Below the pieces are notes generated by a model. It did no database searches, was not told the origin of the DNA, and was given only the letters and a program-made list of their open reading frames with translations. A stretch of DNA of 60,114 nt from Eubacteriales bacterium (lineage in GTDB: Bacteria; Bacillota; Clostridia; Oscillospirales; CAG-272): NCBI GenBank assembly GCA_045123255.1, contig JBGVIN010000106.1, positions 1 to 60,114 on the forward strand, written 5' to 3'. A program made the position numbers and the translations under genes. Below, one piece after another: positions 1 through 9,326 of the stretch; position 1 is the stretch's first letter, and each line of letters opens with the position of its first letter.

Positions 1-28
1 CTTGAAAAATTAAGCTAAGCTACAAAGC

Positions 29-77
29 GCCAATCCCTCCGTCAGCAAGCTGACACCTCCCTTTGCACAAAGGAGGC
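29..77. repeat. Twin-hairpin REP-like intergenic element, copy 1
   Basis: gccaatccctcc-gtcagc/aa/gctgac-a-cctccctttg/ca/caaaggagg-c; near-identical copy at 2768-2820. Confidence 0.8.
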
Positions 78-167
78 GGGGAAGTGTGAGTTATCCGACA
101 ATTTCAAGGAACTATTAAAAAGGCTTAAAAATCTATAAAAATCAAATCAAAAAACATTTGCAAACGT

Positions 168-196
168 AAAAAGCGCGACACATTGTCGCGCTTTTT
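168..196. terminator. Bidirectional intrinsic terminator
   Basis: aaaaagcgcgaca-cat-tgtcgcgcttttt perfect stem with A and T tracts. Confidence 0.8.
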
Positions 197-275
197 GTTG
201 TTTATAGGTTATAGGAAGGGGTACTCCATCCCGCTTGTTTAATTCGGTTTTATTCACACAGGGCTTGGCAAATGA

Positions 276-1079
276 TTAAATTTTAGAAAAAAGCTCAAGC
301 CCCGATTTTTTCAAAAACCAAGTGATAAACCGCGGGGCGGCTTTGGGGAAGGTGCGGTAAAGAAAGCTAAGCAGTCTTGCGTCCTTGCCAACGACAATTC
401 TTTTCTTGCGCCTTCTTACACGGTTAACTATTTTGCGCGCCACCTTATCGGCATCCGCGCTAAACGAGCGCACTAAACGCGCTTCCTTGCCCGAAATTTG
501 TTGGTTTTTCATTATGTCGGTTTTCACAAAGCCCGGCAAAACGGACGAAAAGCTAATATCGCTTCTTTCACAGGCAAGTGCGGTTGTGAACGCGTTCAAG
601 GCACTCTTTGTCGAGGTATATGTACTCACGCCGCCAAACGGACAAAGTGCCGAGGCGCTTGACACGTTAACGACTGCTGCCCCATCATCAAGAATAGGCT
701 CGATTGCTTTGTAGGCATACGCACAGGAAAGAAAATTGAGTTTAACAATATTTTCAAGCTCGTCGATTTCGGTTTTATCAAACGACTTAAATTCGGGTAG
801 CGCACCTGCACAGTTGATTAAAGCGGATACCTTAATTCTGTTATTTACAAGATAGGAAAAAAGCTCGCCCCAACCGCTTTGCGAGGTAACGTCCAGGGGA
901 TACGGTATAAAGCTCTCGCCAAGCTCCGCCTTTACTTCCTGCAATCTTTCAAAGCCTCGTGCAAGTCCGACAACACGCGCGCCATATCTATTTATAAGAC
1001 AAGAAGCTATTGCTTTTCCGATCCCGCTTGATGCGCCGCTTATTACCACGGTTTTTTCGCGAAGGTCTAATTTTTTCAT
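276..1079 (-). CDS. Short-chain dehydrogenase/reductase (SDR)
   Basis: N-terminal GASSGIG Rossmann motif, NVSS, catalytic YxxxK (YTSTK); ATGA overlap with the upstream gene. Confidence 0.9.
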   Translation of the reverse strand: MKKLDLREKTVVISGASSGIGKAIASCLINRYGARVVGLARGFERLQEVKAELGESFIPYPLDVTSQSGWGELFSYLVNNRIKVSALINCAGALPEFKSFDKTEIDELENIVKLNFLSCAYAYKAIEPILDDGAAVVNVSSASALCPFGGVSTYTSTKSALNAFTTALACERSDISFSSVLPGFVKTDIMKNQQISGKEARLVRSFSADADKVARKIVNRVRRRKKRIVVGKDARLLSFLYRTFPKAAPRFITWFLKKSGLELFSKI

Positions 1080-1786
1080 TTTGATTTGCTCACTCCTCCG
1101 CTAAGAAATCTTATAGCGCGCTCGGGTGCATCCTTTGCATCGTACCACGGCTCGCTATCGTAGCGATAGTCGAATTTTTTGCAAAACCAACTGACGTCTC
1201 CCACCGTTTTTTCCAAAAACTTGTTTTGGACGTCGCAAATATCCTTGTAGAATTCGTCGTATTTGCGCTTGTCAAGCTCCCTGCCCGCTACGTCCATAAG
1301 AAGCGCGTAATGAGGGAGGCAAAAATATTTTTGTGCACGCAATTTTTCTCTAAATCCGCTCTCCTTATCGTAAAGAAGCACGACGGTTTCTATCATTTTT
1401 TCAAAGTGATTGTCAATTCGCTCGCAAATAAAGCAGCTGTTTACTATCTTATCTGCGTTTTTGTAGCTTTTCTTAGCTTTTCCGCCGAAGATAGCGTCGA
1501 AAAAGCCACCGTTTAATTTTCCCTTCACCTCGGGCAAATGGCTCTCTAAAATAAGTGCCAATGAAAGACGGTTATTTTTTTCAAGCATTTTTGAAAAATG
1601 GTCACGGCAGAAGCCCTTTTCGTTCATCAAAATTCTAACGCTTGGCTCCATCATTGACGAGCCGAGCGACATATCAACCTCTTTTTTCTCGAGAGTATCG
1701 TAAATTTTGCAAAGAGGACAGTCACATCCGCCCCTTTGGCAATTTTCAAACGCTTCATTGACGGGAATTGTGTAAATTTGTTCCAT
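1076..1786 (-). CDS. DUF6062-like Cys-rich protein
   Basis: CPLC, MMEPxxR..GFC..H, CFIC and FCLPH motifs resemble the Clostridial DUF6062 family (recognised from memory). Confidence 0.65.
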   Translation of the reverse strand: MEQIYTIPVNEAFENCQRGGCDCPLCKIYDTLEKKEVDMSLGSSMMEPSVRILMNEKGFCRDHFSKMLEKNNRLSLALILESHLPEVKGKLNGGFFDAIFGGKAKKSYKNADKIVNSCFICERIDNHFEKMIETVVLLYDKESGFREKLRAQKYFCLPHYALLMDVAGRELDKRKYDEFYKDICDVQNKFLEKTVGDVSWFCKKFDYRYDSEPWYDAKDAPERAIRFLSGGVSKSK

Positions 1787-1806
1787 ATTTTTTCACCTCG
1801 TGTGTG

Positions 1807-1835
1807 TTGACTTAATTATATTATAATGGTATAAT
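1807..1835 (+). promoter_or_regulatory. Sigma-A promoter for ogg
   Basis: TTGACT-17 bp-TATAAT with extended TG. Confidence 0.7.
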
Positions 1836-1868
1836 TATAAAAGTTCAAGAGTTTTTTAAGGGGGATTT

Positions 1869-2753
1869 ATGTACACTGTAAAAGAATACTCGCTTCAAAA
1901 CAAAATTCCGTACGTACACGTATCTGATATACCAAGGCTCAATATTTACAAGACGTTTGACTGCGGTCAATGCTTTAGGTTCGACCCTGTGTCGAAATTT
2001 GGACATAAATATGAGTTTGGCGGAGTTGCCTTCGGCAAATACGTTGTCTTTGCACAGGACGTTGACACAGAGCTTTTTGTTTACGGTGCAAGTGCAGAGG
2101 ATTTTTCCTCAATTTGGGCAAGCTTTCTATCTCTTGGCGAGGACTACGACAAGATAGATTCCCATATTATAAAAACCGTAAACGGCGAGCATACGTTGCG
2201 CGCAACTGAATATTCAAGCGGTATCAGAATTCTAAGGCAGGACTCTTGGGAAGCGCTTTGCTCGTTTATCATCTCTCAAAACAATAATATTCCCAGAATA
2301 AAGAAAATTATAGCACAAATGTCGGAAAAGTACGGGGACGTGGTTGAATTTGACGGTCAGTCATACTACACCTTCCCTTCGCCCGAGTCACTTTTTTCGG
2401 CAGGTGAGGCGGAAATTTTCGCACTTAAAACAGGCTTCCGCGCAAAATACATACACGATGCCGCATCTAAGGTTTTTGGCGGCGAAATTTCGCTTGATAA
2501 AATAAACGAATGTTCGTTTGAGGACGCAAGTGCTACGCTTTCAAAAATCAAGGGCGTAGGGCCTAAGGTAGCCTCGTGCGCGCTTCTTTTCGGATTTGGC
2601 AAAACGGAAGCCTTTCCCATCGACGTTTGGATAAAGCGCTCGCTTGACAATCACTTTGGCGGTCAGCTTGATATTGGTGCCCTTGGCAAGGCGGCAGGAA
2701 TTTTCCAGCAGTATTTATTTTATTATGAAAGATATAATCTTAGCGTTAAGTGA
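1869..2753 (+). CDS. ogg: 8-oxoguanine DNA glycosylase/AP lyase (OGG1-like, HhH-GPD)
   Basis: FDCGQCFR N-terminus, SFIISQNNNIPRI, HhH motif IKGVGPKVA, FPIDVW. Confidence 0.88.
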   Translation: MYTVKEYSLQNKIPYVHVSDIPRLNIYKTFDCGQCFRFDPVSKFGHKYEFGGVAFGKYVVFAQDVDTELFVYGASAEDFSSIWASFLSLGEDYDKIDSHIIKTVNGEHTLRATEYSSGIRILRQDSWEALCSFIISQNNNIPRIKKIIAQMSEKYGDVVEFDGQSYYTFPSPESLFSAGEAEIFALKTGFRAKYIHDAASKVFGGEISLDKINECSFEDASATLSKIKGVGPKVASCALLFGFGKTEAFPIDVWIKRSLDNHFGGQLDIGALGKAAGIFQQYLFYYERYNLSVK

Positions 2754-2767
2754 GCTTTATTTCATAA

Positions 2768-2820
2768 GCCAATCCCTCCGTCACGGCAGACCGTGACACC
2801 TCCCTTTGCACAAAGGAGGC
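2768..2820. repeat. Twin-hairpin REP-like intergenic element, copy 2
   Basis: Flanks identical to 29-77; first hairpin replaced by gtcacgg/caga/ccgtgac with pairing retained. Confidence 0.8.
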
Positions 2821-2849
2821 AGATTTTACGAAAGATATAATCAAAACAC

Positions 2850-2878
2850 TTGACTTAACTTATACTTTGATATATAAT
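2850..2878 (+). promoter_or_regulatory. Sigma-A promoter for kdgK
   Basis: TTGACT-17 bp-TATAAT. Confidence 0.65.
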
Positions 2879-2910
2879 TTTATTGAAAATATTTATAAAA
2901 GAGGTACGAT

Positions 2911-3936
2911 ATGAAAACAGTATGCTTTGGCGAAATTATGCTCCGCTTAAATCCGGCGGGATACACAAGATTTATTCAAACAGATACATTTGGCGCAACC
3001 TACGGCGGCGGTGAGGCAAACGTTGCGGTTTCTCTTGCTAACTATGGCATTGACGCATCCTACGTTACAAAGCTTCCAAGCCACGAGATAGGTCAAAGCG
3101 CGGTTAACTCACTCCGCAGATACGGCGTTGACACAAGCGACATCGTAAGAGGTGGCGAGCGCGTTGGTATTTACTACCTTGAAACAGGCGCATCACAACG
3201 TCCTTCAAAGGTTATTTACGACCGTGCATATTCTGCTATCGCTCTTGCAAAGCGTTCCGATTTTGATTGGGAAAAAATCCTTGACGGCGCAAATTGGTTC
3301 CACTTTACAGGAATTACACCGGCACTCGGCGGTGAGCTTCCCGAAATTTGCATGGACGCATTAAAGGTTTGCCGTGAAAAGGGCATCACCACAAGCTGCG
3401 ACCTTAACTACCGTAAAAACCTTTGGTCAACAGAGGAAGCAGGCAAGGTTATGGGCGAGCTTATGAAGCTTGTTGACGTTTGCATTGCAAACGAAGAGGA
3501 CGCTGAAAAGGTATTTGGCATAAAGGCGGAAAACACAGACGTTGATGCAGGCGTTGTTAACCACGAGGGTTACAAGAGCGTTGCTTCACAGCTCTCAAGA
3601 TGTTTTGGCTTCAAGCGCGTTGCTATAACACTTAGAACAAGCATTTCAGCAAATGACAACATCTGGGCAGCTATGCTCTACGATGCAAACGAAAACGAAT
3701 ACTACTTCTCACGCTCATATAACATCCACATCGTTGACCGTGTTGGTGGCGGTGACTCGTTCGGCGGCGGTCTTATCTACGCATCACTTATGAACAAGTC
3801 AAGCCAAGACGTAATAGAATTTGCGGTTGCGGCTTCTTGCCTCAAGCACACAATTATCGGCGACTACAACTTGGTTAGCGTAAAAGAGGTTGAAGGACTT
3901 ATCAAGGGCGGCGGAAGCGGACGCGTTCAAAGATAA
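2911..3936 (+). CDS. kdgK: 2-dehydro-3-deoxygluconokinase (PfkB family)
   Basis: FGEIMLRL, YGGGEANVA, GASQRPSKVIYDRA, DLNYR, VDRVGGGDSF. Confidence 0.9.
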   Translation: MKTVCFGEIMLRLNPAGYTRFIQTDTFGATYGGGEANVAVSLANYGIDASYVTKLPSHEIGQSAVNSLRRYGVDTSDIVRGGERVGIYYLETGASQRPSKVIYDRAYSAIALAKRSDFDWEKILDGANWFHFTGITPALGGELPEICMDALKVCREKGITTSCDLNYRKNLWSTEEAGKVMGELMKLVDVCIANEEDAEKVFGIKAENTDVDAGVVNHEGYKSVASQLSRCFGFKRVAITLRTSISANDNIWAAMLYDANENEYYFSRSYNIHIVDRVGGGDSFGGGLIYASLMNKSSQDVIEFAVAASCLKHTIIGDYNLVSVKEVEGLIKGGGSGRVQR

Positions 3937-3948
3937 TTACATAAATTT

Positions 3949-3978
3949 AAGACACAGGGTGTGCCCTGTGTCTTTTTT
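3949..3978 (+). terminator. Intrinsic terminator of kdgK
   Basis: aagacacaggg-tgtg-ccctgtgtctt followed by a T tract. Confidence 0.85.
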
Positions 3979-3979
3979 C

Positions 3980-4008
3980 TTGACAAAAAATTACTCATTT
4001 GATATAAT
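3980..4008 (+). promoter_or_regulatory. Sigma-A promoter
   Basis: TTGACA-17 bp-TATAAT with extended TG. Confidence 0.75.
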
Positions 4009-4030
4009 AAAATTGAAGGGAGATGATAAA

Positions 4031-4507
4031 ATGAGTGAAAACAAATCCATCAAAATGATAGGTCACAAGCAATTGTTTCTTTTCAGTGTGATTAGCTGCT
4101 CGGTGTTTTGCTTGTTCTTTCTCATTCCTGTTTTCTTATCGGATGCACCAATCTTGTTTTTAATTGTGGGACAGGTATCTACCGTACATTACTTTTTAAT
4201 ATATTTTGCCATTTACCACCGCGCTTTTTTCACTGTTAAAATGGACGAAAGCGGTGTAAGTGTCGGAAAAAGAAAGATAAAATGGGAGGACGTTGAGTTT
4301 GTTAAGCTAAAGGAGGTCTCGATAAGAACGAGGCGAAGCTTGCTTCTTTCCAACAAAAAAATCCTTGACTCATACGTATGTATTTTCGGCAAAAACGGAC
4401 GCGACATTCGCTTTGCCGCAAATGCAAAAAGCTACCACGCGCTAAATACCTTTGCCGTTAAAAAATCTCCTCAAATTAAGGAGCTGCTTGATAAAACCTC
4501 TGTATAA
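4031..4507 (+). CDS. Hypothetical membrane protein (two N-terminal TM helices plus basic soluble domain)
   Basis: Start re-called at ATG 4031 after gggag RBS and promoter; two hydrophobic stretches. Confidence 0.7.
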   Translation: MSENKSIKMIGHKQLFLFSVISCSVFCLFFLIPVFLSDAPILFLIVGQVSTVHYFLIYFAIYHRAFFTVKMDESGVSVGKRKIKWEDVEFVKLKEVSIRTRRSLLLSNKKILDSYVCIFGKNGRDIRFAANAKSYHALNTFAVKKSPQIKELLDKTSV

Positions 4508-4510
4508 AAT

Positions 4511-4535
4511 AAAGCACCGATTTTCGGTGCTTTTT
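4511..4535 (+). terminator. Intrinsic terminator
   Basis: aaagcaccga-tttt-cggtgctttt stem and T tract. Confidence 0.8.
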
Positions 4536-4548
4536 CTGTTGGAATTTA

Positions 4549-4633
4549 GATTATACACACATAGTGTGATGATATACAATGCTTTGCATTGATGAAATGC
4601 ACGCTATGCGTGGTGATATGCAACCTTCGGTTG
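4549..4633. repeat. Mini-hairpin array arm (linker RTGAWATR), 4 hairpins
   Basis: cacac/ata/gtgtg, caatgc/ttt/gcattg, cacgc/tat/gcgtg, caacc/ttc/ggttg joined by ATGATATA, ATGAAATG, GTGATATG. Confidence 0.85.
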
Positions 4634-4700
4634 ATTTTATTGTCTTTCATTAAAAGACAATAAAAAACGCGCCCGCTATTGCAGGCACGCCTTTATCAAA

Positions 4701-4797
4701 TTTTACGATGCGAAGCATCTTTTAACGCGAGTATCGCTCATAGCTTGGCTAAGCCAATCATCACGATGCGAAGCATCTTATAACGGTGCGAAGCACC
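4701..4797. repeat. Mini-hairpin array arm (7-nt linker), 5 hairpins
   Basis: gatgc/gaa/gcatc, gcga/gta/tcgc, ttggc/taa/gccaa, gatgc/gaa/gcatc, ggtgc/gaa/gcacc joined by TTTTAAC, TCATAGC, TCATCAC, TTATAAC. Confidence 0.85.
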
Positions 4798-4799
4798 TC

Positions 4800-6173
4800 T
4801 TATCTTTCGTTCATTGGAACGTAGGTCTTACGCTCGCATACGTTTTCGTAGCCGGGACGAATGATTTTTCCGTTTAATAGAAGCTCCTCGATACGGTGTG
4901 CGCTCCAGCCCGCAATTCTTGCAATTGCAAAGAGCGGTGTATAAAGCTCGATTGGCAAATCAAGCATACTGTAAACGAAGCCGCTATAGAAGTCAACGTT
5001 TGCTGAAACGCCCTTATATATCTTGCGCTCCTTGGCAATAACCTCAGGCGCGAGCTTCTCAATAAGCGCACAAAGCTTGTATTCCTTTTCAAGTCCCTTT
5101 TCCTTGGAAAGCTTTTCAACCCAGCCCTTGAAAACCTTGGCACGTGGGTCGGAAAGTGCGTAAACGGCGTGACCCATACCGTAGATAAGTCCCTTACCGT
5201 CGAACACCTCTTTACGCAAAATCTTAGTGAGGTATTCTCTTATCTCGTCCTCGTTTGTGTAGTCCTTTAAGTTCTTTTTGATATTATCTATCATTTCAAC
5301 AACCTTGATGTTAGCGCCGCCGTGACGTGGGCCCTTCAAGGAGCCGAGCGATGCCGCAATCGAGGAATACGTATCCGTACCCGACGAGGTAACAACGTGC
5401 GTTGTGAAGCTTGAGTTGTTTCCGCCACCGTGCTCTGCGTGTAAAACGAGTGCAAGGTCGAGTATTTTTGCTTCAAGCGGAGTAAACTTTGCATCCTTAC
5501 GAAGCATATAAAGAAGGTTTTCAGCAATGGAGAGTGAGGATTTCGGACGTCTTATGATAAGACTTTTCTTCTTTTCGTTATATTCATAGCTTCTGTATGC
5601 GTAAACTGCAAGAAGCGGAAATTCCGAAATAAGCTGCAAGCATTGACGAAGCACGTTTGGAATTGAGGTATCGTCCGCCTTGTCGTCGTATGCGTAAAGT
5701 GTCAAAACCGAGCGTGCAAGAATATTCATCATATCCTTACCCGTTGCCTTCATTATAGAGTCACGCACAAAGTTTTTCGGAAGTGAACGGTACTTTGTAA
5801 GAAGCGTGATAAACTCGTCAAGCTCCTGTTTTGTGGGAAGCTGACCGAACAAAAGAAGATATATCGTTTCCTCAAAGCCAAAGCGGTCGTCAGCGAGGAA
5901 GCCGTTTACAAGGTCATTAATGTTAACGCCACGGTAGAAAAGCTCGCCGTCCTTTGGAATTCTTGTTCCGTCCTCTAAAACGTCGAATGAGTTAATCTCT
6001 GAAATTGCGGTAAGACCTGCAACAACGCCCTTACCGTTTACGTCACGAAGTCCGCGCTTAACGTCAAATTTAACGTATTGCTCAGGCTCAATGGTTGTAT
6101 TTGAAATGCACATTTCAACGTATGAAATATGCTGCTGTGTAACCTTGGTTAGTTCTTTTTTTGCGGTTGGCAT
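4800..6173 (-). CDS. gltA: Citrate synthase (citrate/2-methylcitrate synthase family)
   Basis: LHAEHGGGNNS, GPRHGGAN, GMGHAVY..DPRA, NVDFYSG; start re-called at MPTAK after agggagg RBS. Confidence 0.9.
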   Translation of the reverse strand: MPTAKKELTKVTQQHISYVEMCISNTTIEPEQYVKFDVKRGLRDVNGKGVVAGLTAISEINSFDVLEDGTRIPKDGELFYRGVNINDLVNGFLADDRFGFEETIYLLLFGQLPTKQELDEFITLLTKYRSLPKNFVRDSIMKATGKDMMNILARSVLTLYAYDDKADDTSIPNVLRQCLQLISEFPLLAVYAYRSYEYNEKKKSLIIRRPKSSLSIAENLLYMLRKDAKFTPLEAKILDLALVLHAEHGGGNNSSFTTHVVTSSGTDTYSSIAASLGSLKGPRHGGANIKVVEMIDNIKKNLKDYTNEDEIREYLTKILRKEVFDGKGLIYGMGHAVYALSDPRAKVFKGWVEKLSKEKGLEKEYKLCALIEKLAPEVIAKERKIYKGVSANVDFYSGFVYSMLDLPIELYTPLFAIARIAGWSAHRIEELLLNGKIIRPGYENVCERKTYVPMNER

Positions 6174-6351
6174 ACCTTGCCCTCCCTTGCTTGGATAAAT
6201 TTGCGCCCTTTTGGCGCTATTCACTTTAGCGCTTTAACGCGTTAAAATAAAATATAGTCTATTCTATCATAGATTTGTGAATAAATTGTGAATTTTCAAA
6301 AATAATTTTATTTTTTTATACTTTTTTATGAAATTACGAAAAAACCCGATA

Positions 6352-7080
6352 TCAAAGGGGCTTTTTGGCAATTTGAGAGTTGTTTCTCGGATACGTATTA
6401 GGTGTATTTTTCACCTTTTTTATTATAATTATAGTTCTGTCAAGAATTTCGCCGCCGTCGGTTAAGGTGTAGTCACTTACTGTATCCACCGCTCCGCCAA
6501 GCTTTTCAATTGCCATACGTGCCTCGCTTAGCTCCTCGGGCGCAGTTTGCGATTTCATTGAAATAAAGACGCCACCGATTTTTAGAAGCGGCAAGCAAAG
6601 CTCGCAAAGCACGTTTAGTCGTGCAACGGCACGTGCCGTCACCACGTCAAAGCTTTCGCGATAGTCCTTATCTCTGCCAAGCTCCTCTGCGCGGCGCGAC
6701 GAAACGGACACGTTGTCAAGCCCCAAAAGCTCCGCTGTGCTTTCCACATACTTAACCTTTTTGGCGACGCTATCAACGCCTAAAACAGACACGTCCCCAC
6801 GCAAAATGGCAATAACGAGCGACGGGAAGCCACCGCCGCAGCCGATGTCGCAAAGCTTTGCGTTTTCCTTGATATAAGGCACACACGCGCTTGAATCGAC
6901 AAGGTGCTTGAGTATAACTCCGTCCTCATCCTTTATTGCCGTCAGGTTAAGATGCTCGTTAACCTCTAACATATGCGAGGAAAGCTTTTCTAAAATTTCA
7001 GCATTTTCCTCATTTATTATTCCCCTTGTTACCTCGTTTTTCTCGGCAACCGAAATTAGCTTATTTGTGAAATTGCTCAT
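6352..7080 (-). CDS. rsmG: 16S rRNA m7G527 methyltransferase RsmG (GidB)
   Basis: NLTAI..HLVDS, DIGCGGGFP, RAEE, ARAVA; start re-called at ATG 7080 overlapping the galK stop. Confidence 0.93.
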   Translation of the reverse strand: MSNFTNKLISVAEKNEVTRGIINEENAEILEKLSSHMLEVNEHLNLTAIKDEDGVILKHLVDSSACVPYIKENAKLCDIGCGGGFPSLVIAILRGDVSVLGVDSVAKKVKYVESTAELLGLDNVSVSSRRAEELGRDKDYRESFDVVTARAVARLNVLCELCLPLLKIGGVFISMKSQTAPEELSEARMAIEKLGGAVDTVSDYTLTDGGEILDRTIIIIKKVKNTPNTYPRNNSQIAKKPL

Positions 7081-8360
7081 TAAAGCACCCTTATAGCTCC
7101 GTCGGGTCTTATGCGTAATACGTGGCACGCACCCTTGCCGAACGCGGAGTCAATCACCTCACGGTACTTTTCAACAAGCTCCGTCTTGACGAATGCTTGA
7201 ATAGTGCCTGCAAAGCCGCCGCCGTGAACGCGGTACGCACATTTTTTGCCCGCAAGCACGGAATCAGTTATTGCAAGAGCCAATGAAAGACCCTGCTCCT
7301 GTACGTTTTTGGTTGTAAATACGTTTTGAAGATACATAAAGCTTGAATTGCCCGACTTAATTACAAATTTAAGGAAGCCGTCAACGTCGCCGCTTTTAAG
7401 TGCGCTTGCCTGCTTTGCAACTCTGTCGTTTTCATTAAAGAAGTGGATTGCACGCAATATAGCACGGTCACCGCATTTTTCTCTTAGCACCTGCACGTTT
7501 TCAAGCACGCTTTCCTTGTCAAGCTGTCTTAAATATTCCTTGCCGAAATATTTTGCCACACTCTTCATTTCATATGGAACAGATGCGTAATCTTCGTTTA
7601 AGTCTGCGTGGTTGCCACCTGTGTTTACAATGCAAAGAGCGTAGCCTGCGCCGCTTAAATCGAATGGGATTTTTTCAATAACAGGGTTTTTCGTATCGTC
7701 AAAATCGATATAAACAAAGCCGCCAACCGCGCACGCCATTTGGTCCATAAGTCCGCAGGGCTTGCCGAAAAATACGTTTTCGGAGTACTGTGCCATCTTG
7801 GCAATTTCTACGTTGTCCACCTTGCCGTCGTTATAGAAATGGTTAAGAATATTACCAACCATAACCTCAAATGCGGCAGATGAGGAAAGACCTGAGCCCT
7901 TGAACACGTTTGAGGTTGTATATGCACAGTAGCCACCTGTTTTTGCACCGTAGTTCTCAAAAGCGCGTGACATACCTGCAATCAAAGCGCCCGACTTAAA
8001 ATAGTCCGTCTCTCTTGGCTCTTTATATTCGTTAATGTTAACTGCGTCCTCGTCAAAGCCTTGGCTCTTGATTCTAATCACGCCGTCGTCGGTTTTTGCG
8101 GCAAATGCGATAATGTCAAGGTCTATTGAGCCTGCCATAACCTTACCGTGGTTGTGGTCTGTATGGTTGCCCGAAAGCTCGCTTCTGCCCGGAACTGAGA
8201 AAATTGAGGCTTCAACGTCGCCGTAATTTGACAAAAATTCCTTTGATGCCTCGGCATATCTTTGCTTTTGTGCCTCCACGTTTTCCTTGCCGTAAATTTT
8301 TGCAAGTGTCTCGTTTAATTCACCGTTTTCTATATACTTAATAAGCTCGTTGGTTTTCAT
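7080..8360 (-). CDS. galK: Galactokinase (GHMP kinase)
   Basis: PGRSELSGNHTDH, GSGLSSSAA, CGLMDQ, RVHGGGFAG. Confidence 0.85.
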   Translation of the reverse strand: MKTNELIKYIENGELNETLAKIYGKENVEAQKQRYAEASKEFLSNYGDVEASIFSVPGRSELSGNHTDHNHGKVMAGSIDLDIIAFAAKTDDGVIRIKSQGFDEDAVNINEYKEPRETDYFKSGALIAGMSRAFENYGAKTGGYCAYTTSNVFKGSGLSSSAAFEVMVGNILNHFYNDGKVDNVEIAKMAQYSENVFFGKPCGLMDQMACAVGGFVYIDFDDTKNPVIEKIPFDLSGAGYALCIVNTGGNHADLNEDYASVPYEMKSVAKYFGKEYLRQLDKESVLENVQVLREKCGDRAILRAIHFFNENDRVAKQASALKSGDVDGFLKFVIKSGNSSFMYLQNVFTTKNVQEQGLSLALAITDSVLAGKKCAYRVHGGGFAGTIQAFVKTELVEKYREVIDSAFGKGACHVLRIRPDGAIRVL

Positions 8361-9157
8361 TACTTAATATCTCCTTTAATTTTTATAATTTCTACGTTAA
8401 GCGGCTTGAAGGTATTCCTGTCAAATTCAAAAACCGCGCCGTTTAATTCTATTTCGCCCTCACTGAAATCAAACTTCGAGAGCATTTTTGTTTTTAGCTT
8501 AAAAATAACCGCTTCCTTTTTAACACCGAGGATGCTATCGCACGCACCGCACATTCCAAGGTCGGTTATATATGCACATTTGCCGTCTAAAATTTGCGCG
8601 TCATTCGTTTGCACGTGAGTATGCGTACCGAATGCACATGCGATTTTATCATCAAAATTGTAAGCAATTGCTTTTTTCTCACCCGTTGCCTCTGCGTGAA
8701 TATCAAGCACGCAAAAATCGTACTCACCGCTATTGCGCTCTAGTGCGCGCTCAACCGCCGAAAACGGGCTTTCGTTTGCATCCATATAGGACTGACCGAG
8801 AACGTTTAATACAAGCACGCGCACTCCGTCAACCTTAATCACAGTATCGCCGTGACCCGGGCATTCCGACGGAAAATTAAGCGGACGCAAAATATATTCC
8901 TCGTCGTCAAGATAGGAAAAAACGCTGCTCTTTCTGAAAACGTGATTTCCTGTTGTTATAACGTCAACGCCGCTATCAAAAATAGCCTTGGCGCTAACCT
9001 TGTCAATTCCGTTTGGCTCTGCTGAGTTTTCTCCGTTTGCAATAACCAAATCCGCACCAACCCTTGAGCGCAAGCGCCAAAGATTTTTGGAAAGATACTC
9101 AACCGCGCGCGGACCGACAATATCACCGATTGCTAAAATTTTAAGTGAATTTTTCAA
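8360..9157 (-). CDS. ymdB: YmdB-family metallophosphoesterase (TIGR00282-like)
   Basis: IGDIVG, ANGEN, TTGNH, DIHAEATGEK, GTHTHVQT, ITDLGMCG; TTG start. Confidence 0.9.
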   Translation of the reverse strand: MKNSLKILAIGDIVGPRAVEYLSKNLWRLRSRVGADLVIANGENSAEPNGIDKVSAKAIFDSGVDVITTGNHVFRKSSVFSYLDDEEYILRPLNFPSECPGHGDTVIKVDGVRVLVLNVLGQSYMDANESPFSAVERALERNSGEYDFCVLDIHAEATGEKKAIAYNFDDKIACAFGTHTHVQTNDAQILDGKCAYITDLGMCGACDSILGVKKEAVIFKLKTKMLSKFDFSEGEIELNGAVFEFDRNTFKPLNVEIIKIKGDIK

Positions 9158-9326
9158 AATAGGTTCTTTCTATGCTTCATTTAGATGCCACCAAGCAATA
9201 TTGAACTTGATTTGAAGCGACAAATAAAGACTTTTTTAAGATTTTTATTGAAATTTTTTTGATATAATTATATAATATAGTAAATATGTAAAAATTGCAA
9301 GTACTTTTGACAAAATAGGAGGAAGT

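Noticed and set aside
3890-4030. 47-aa N-terminal extension of the ORF-track protein
   Set aside because: It overlaps the kdgK end, its terminator and a consensus promoter; ATG 4031 has the RBS.
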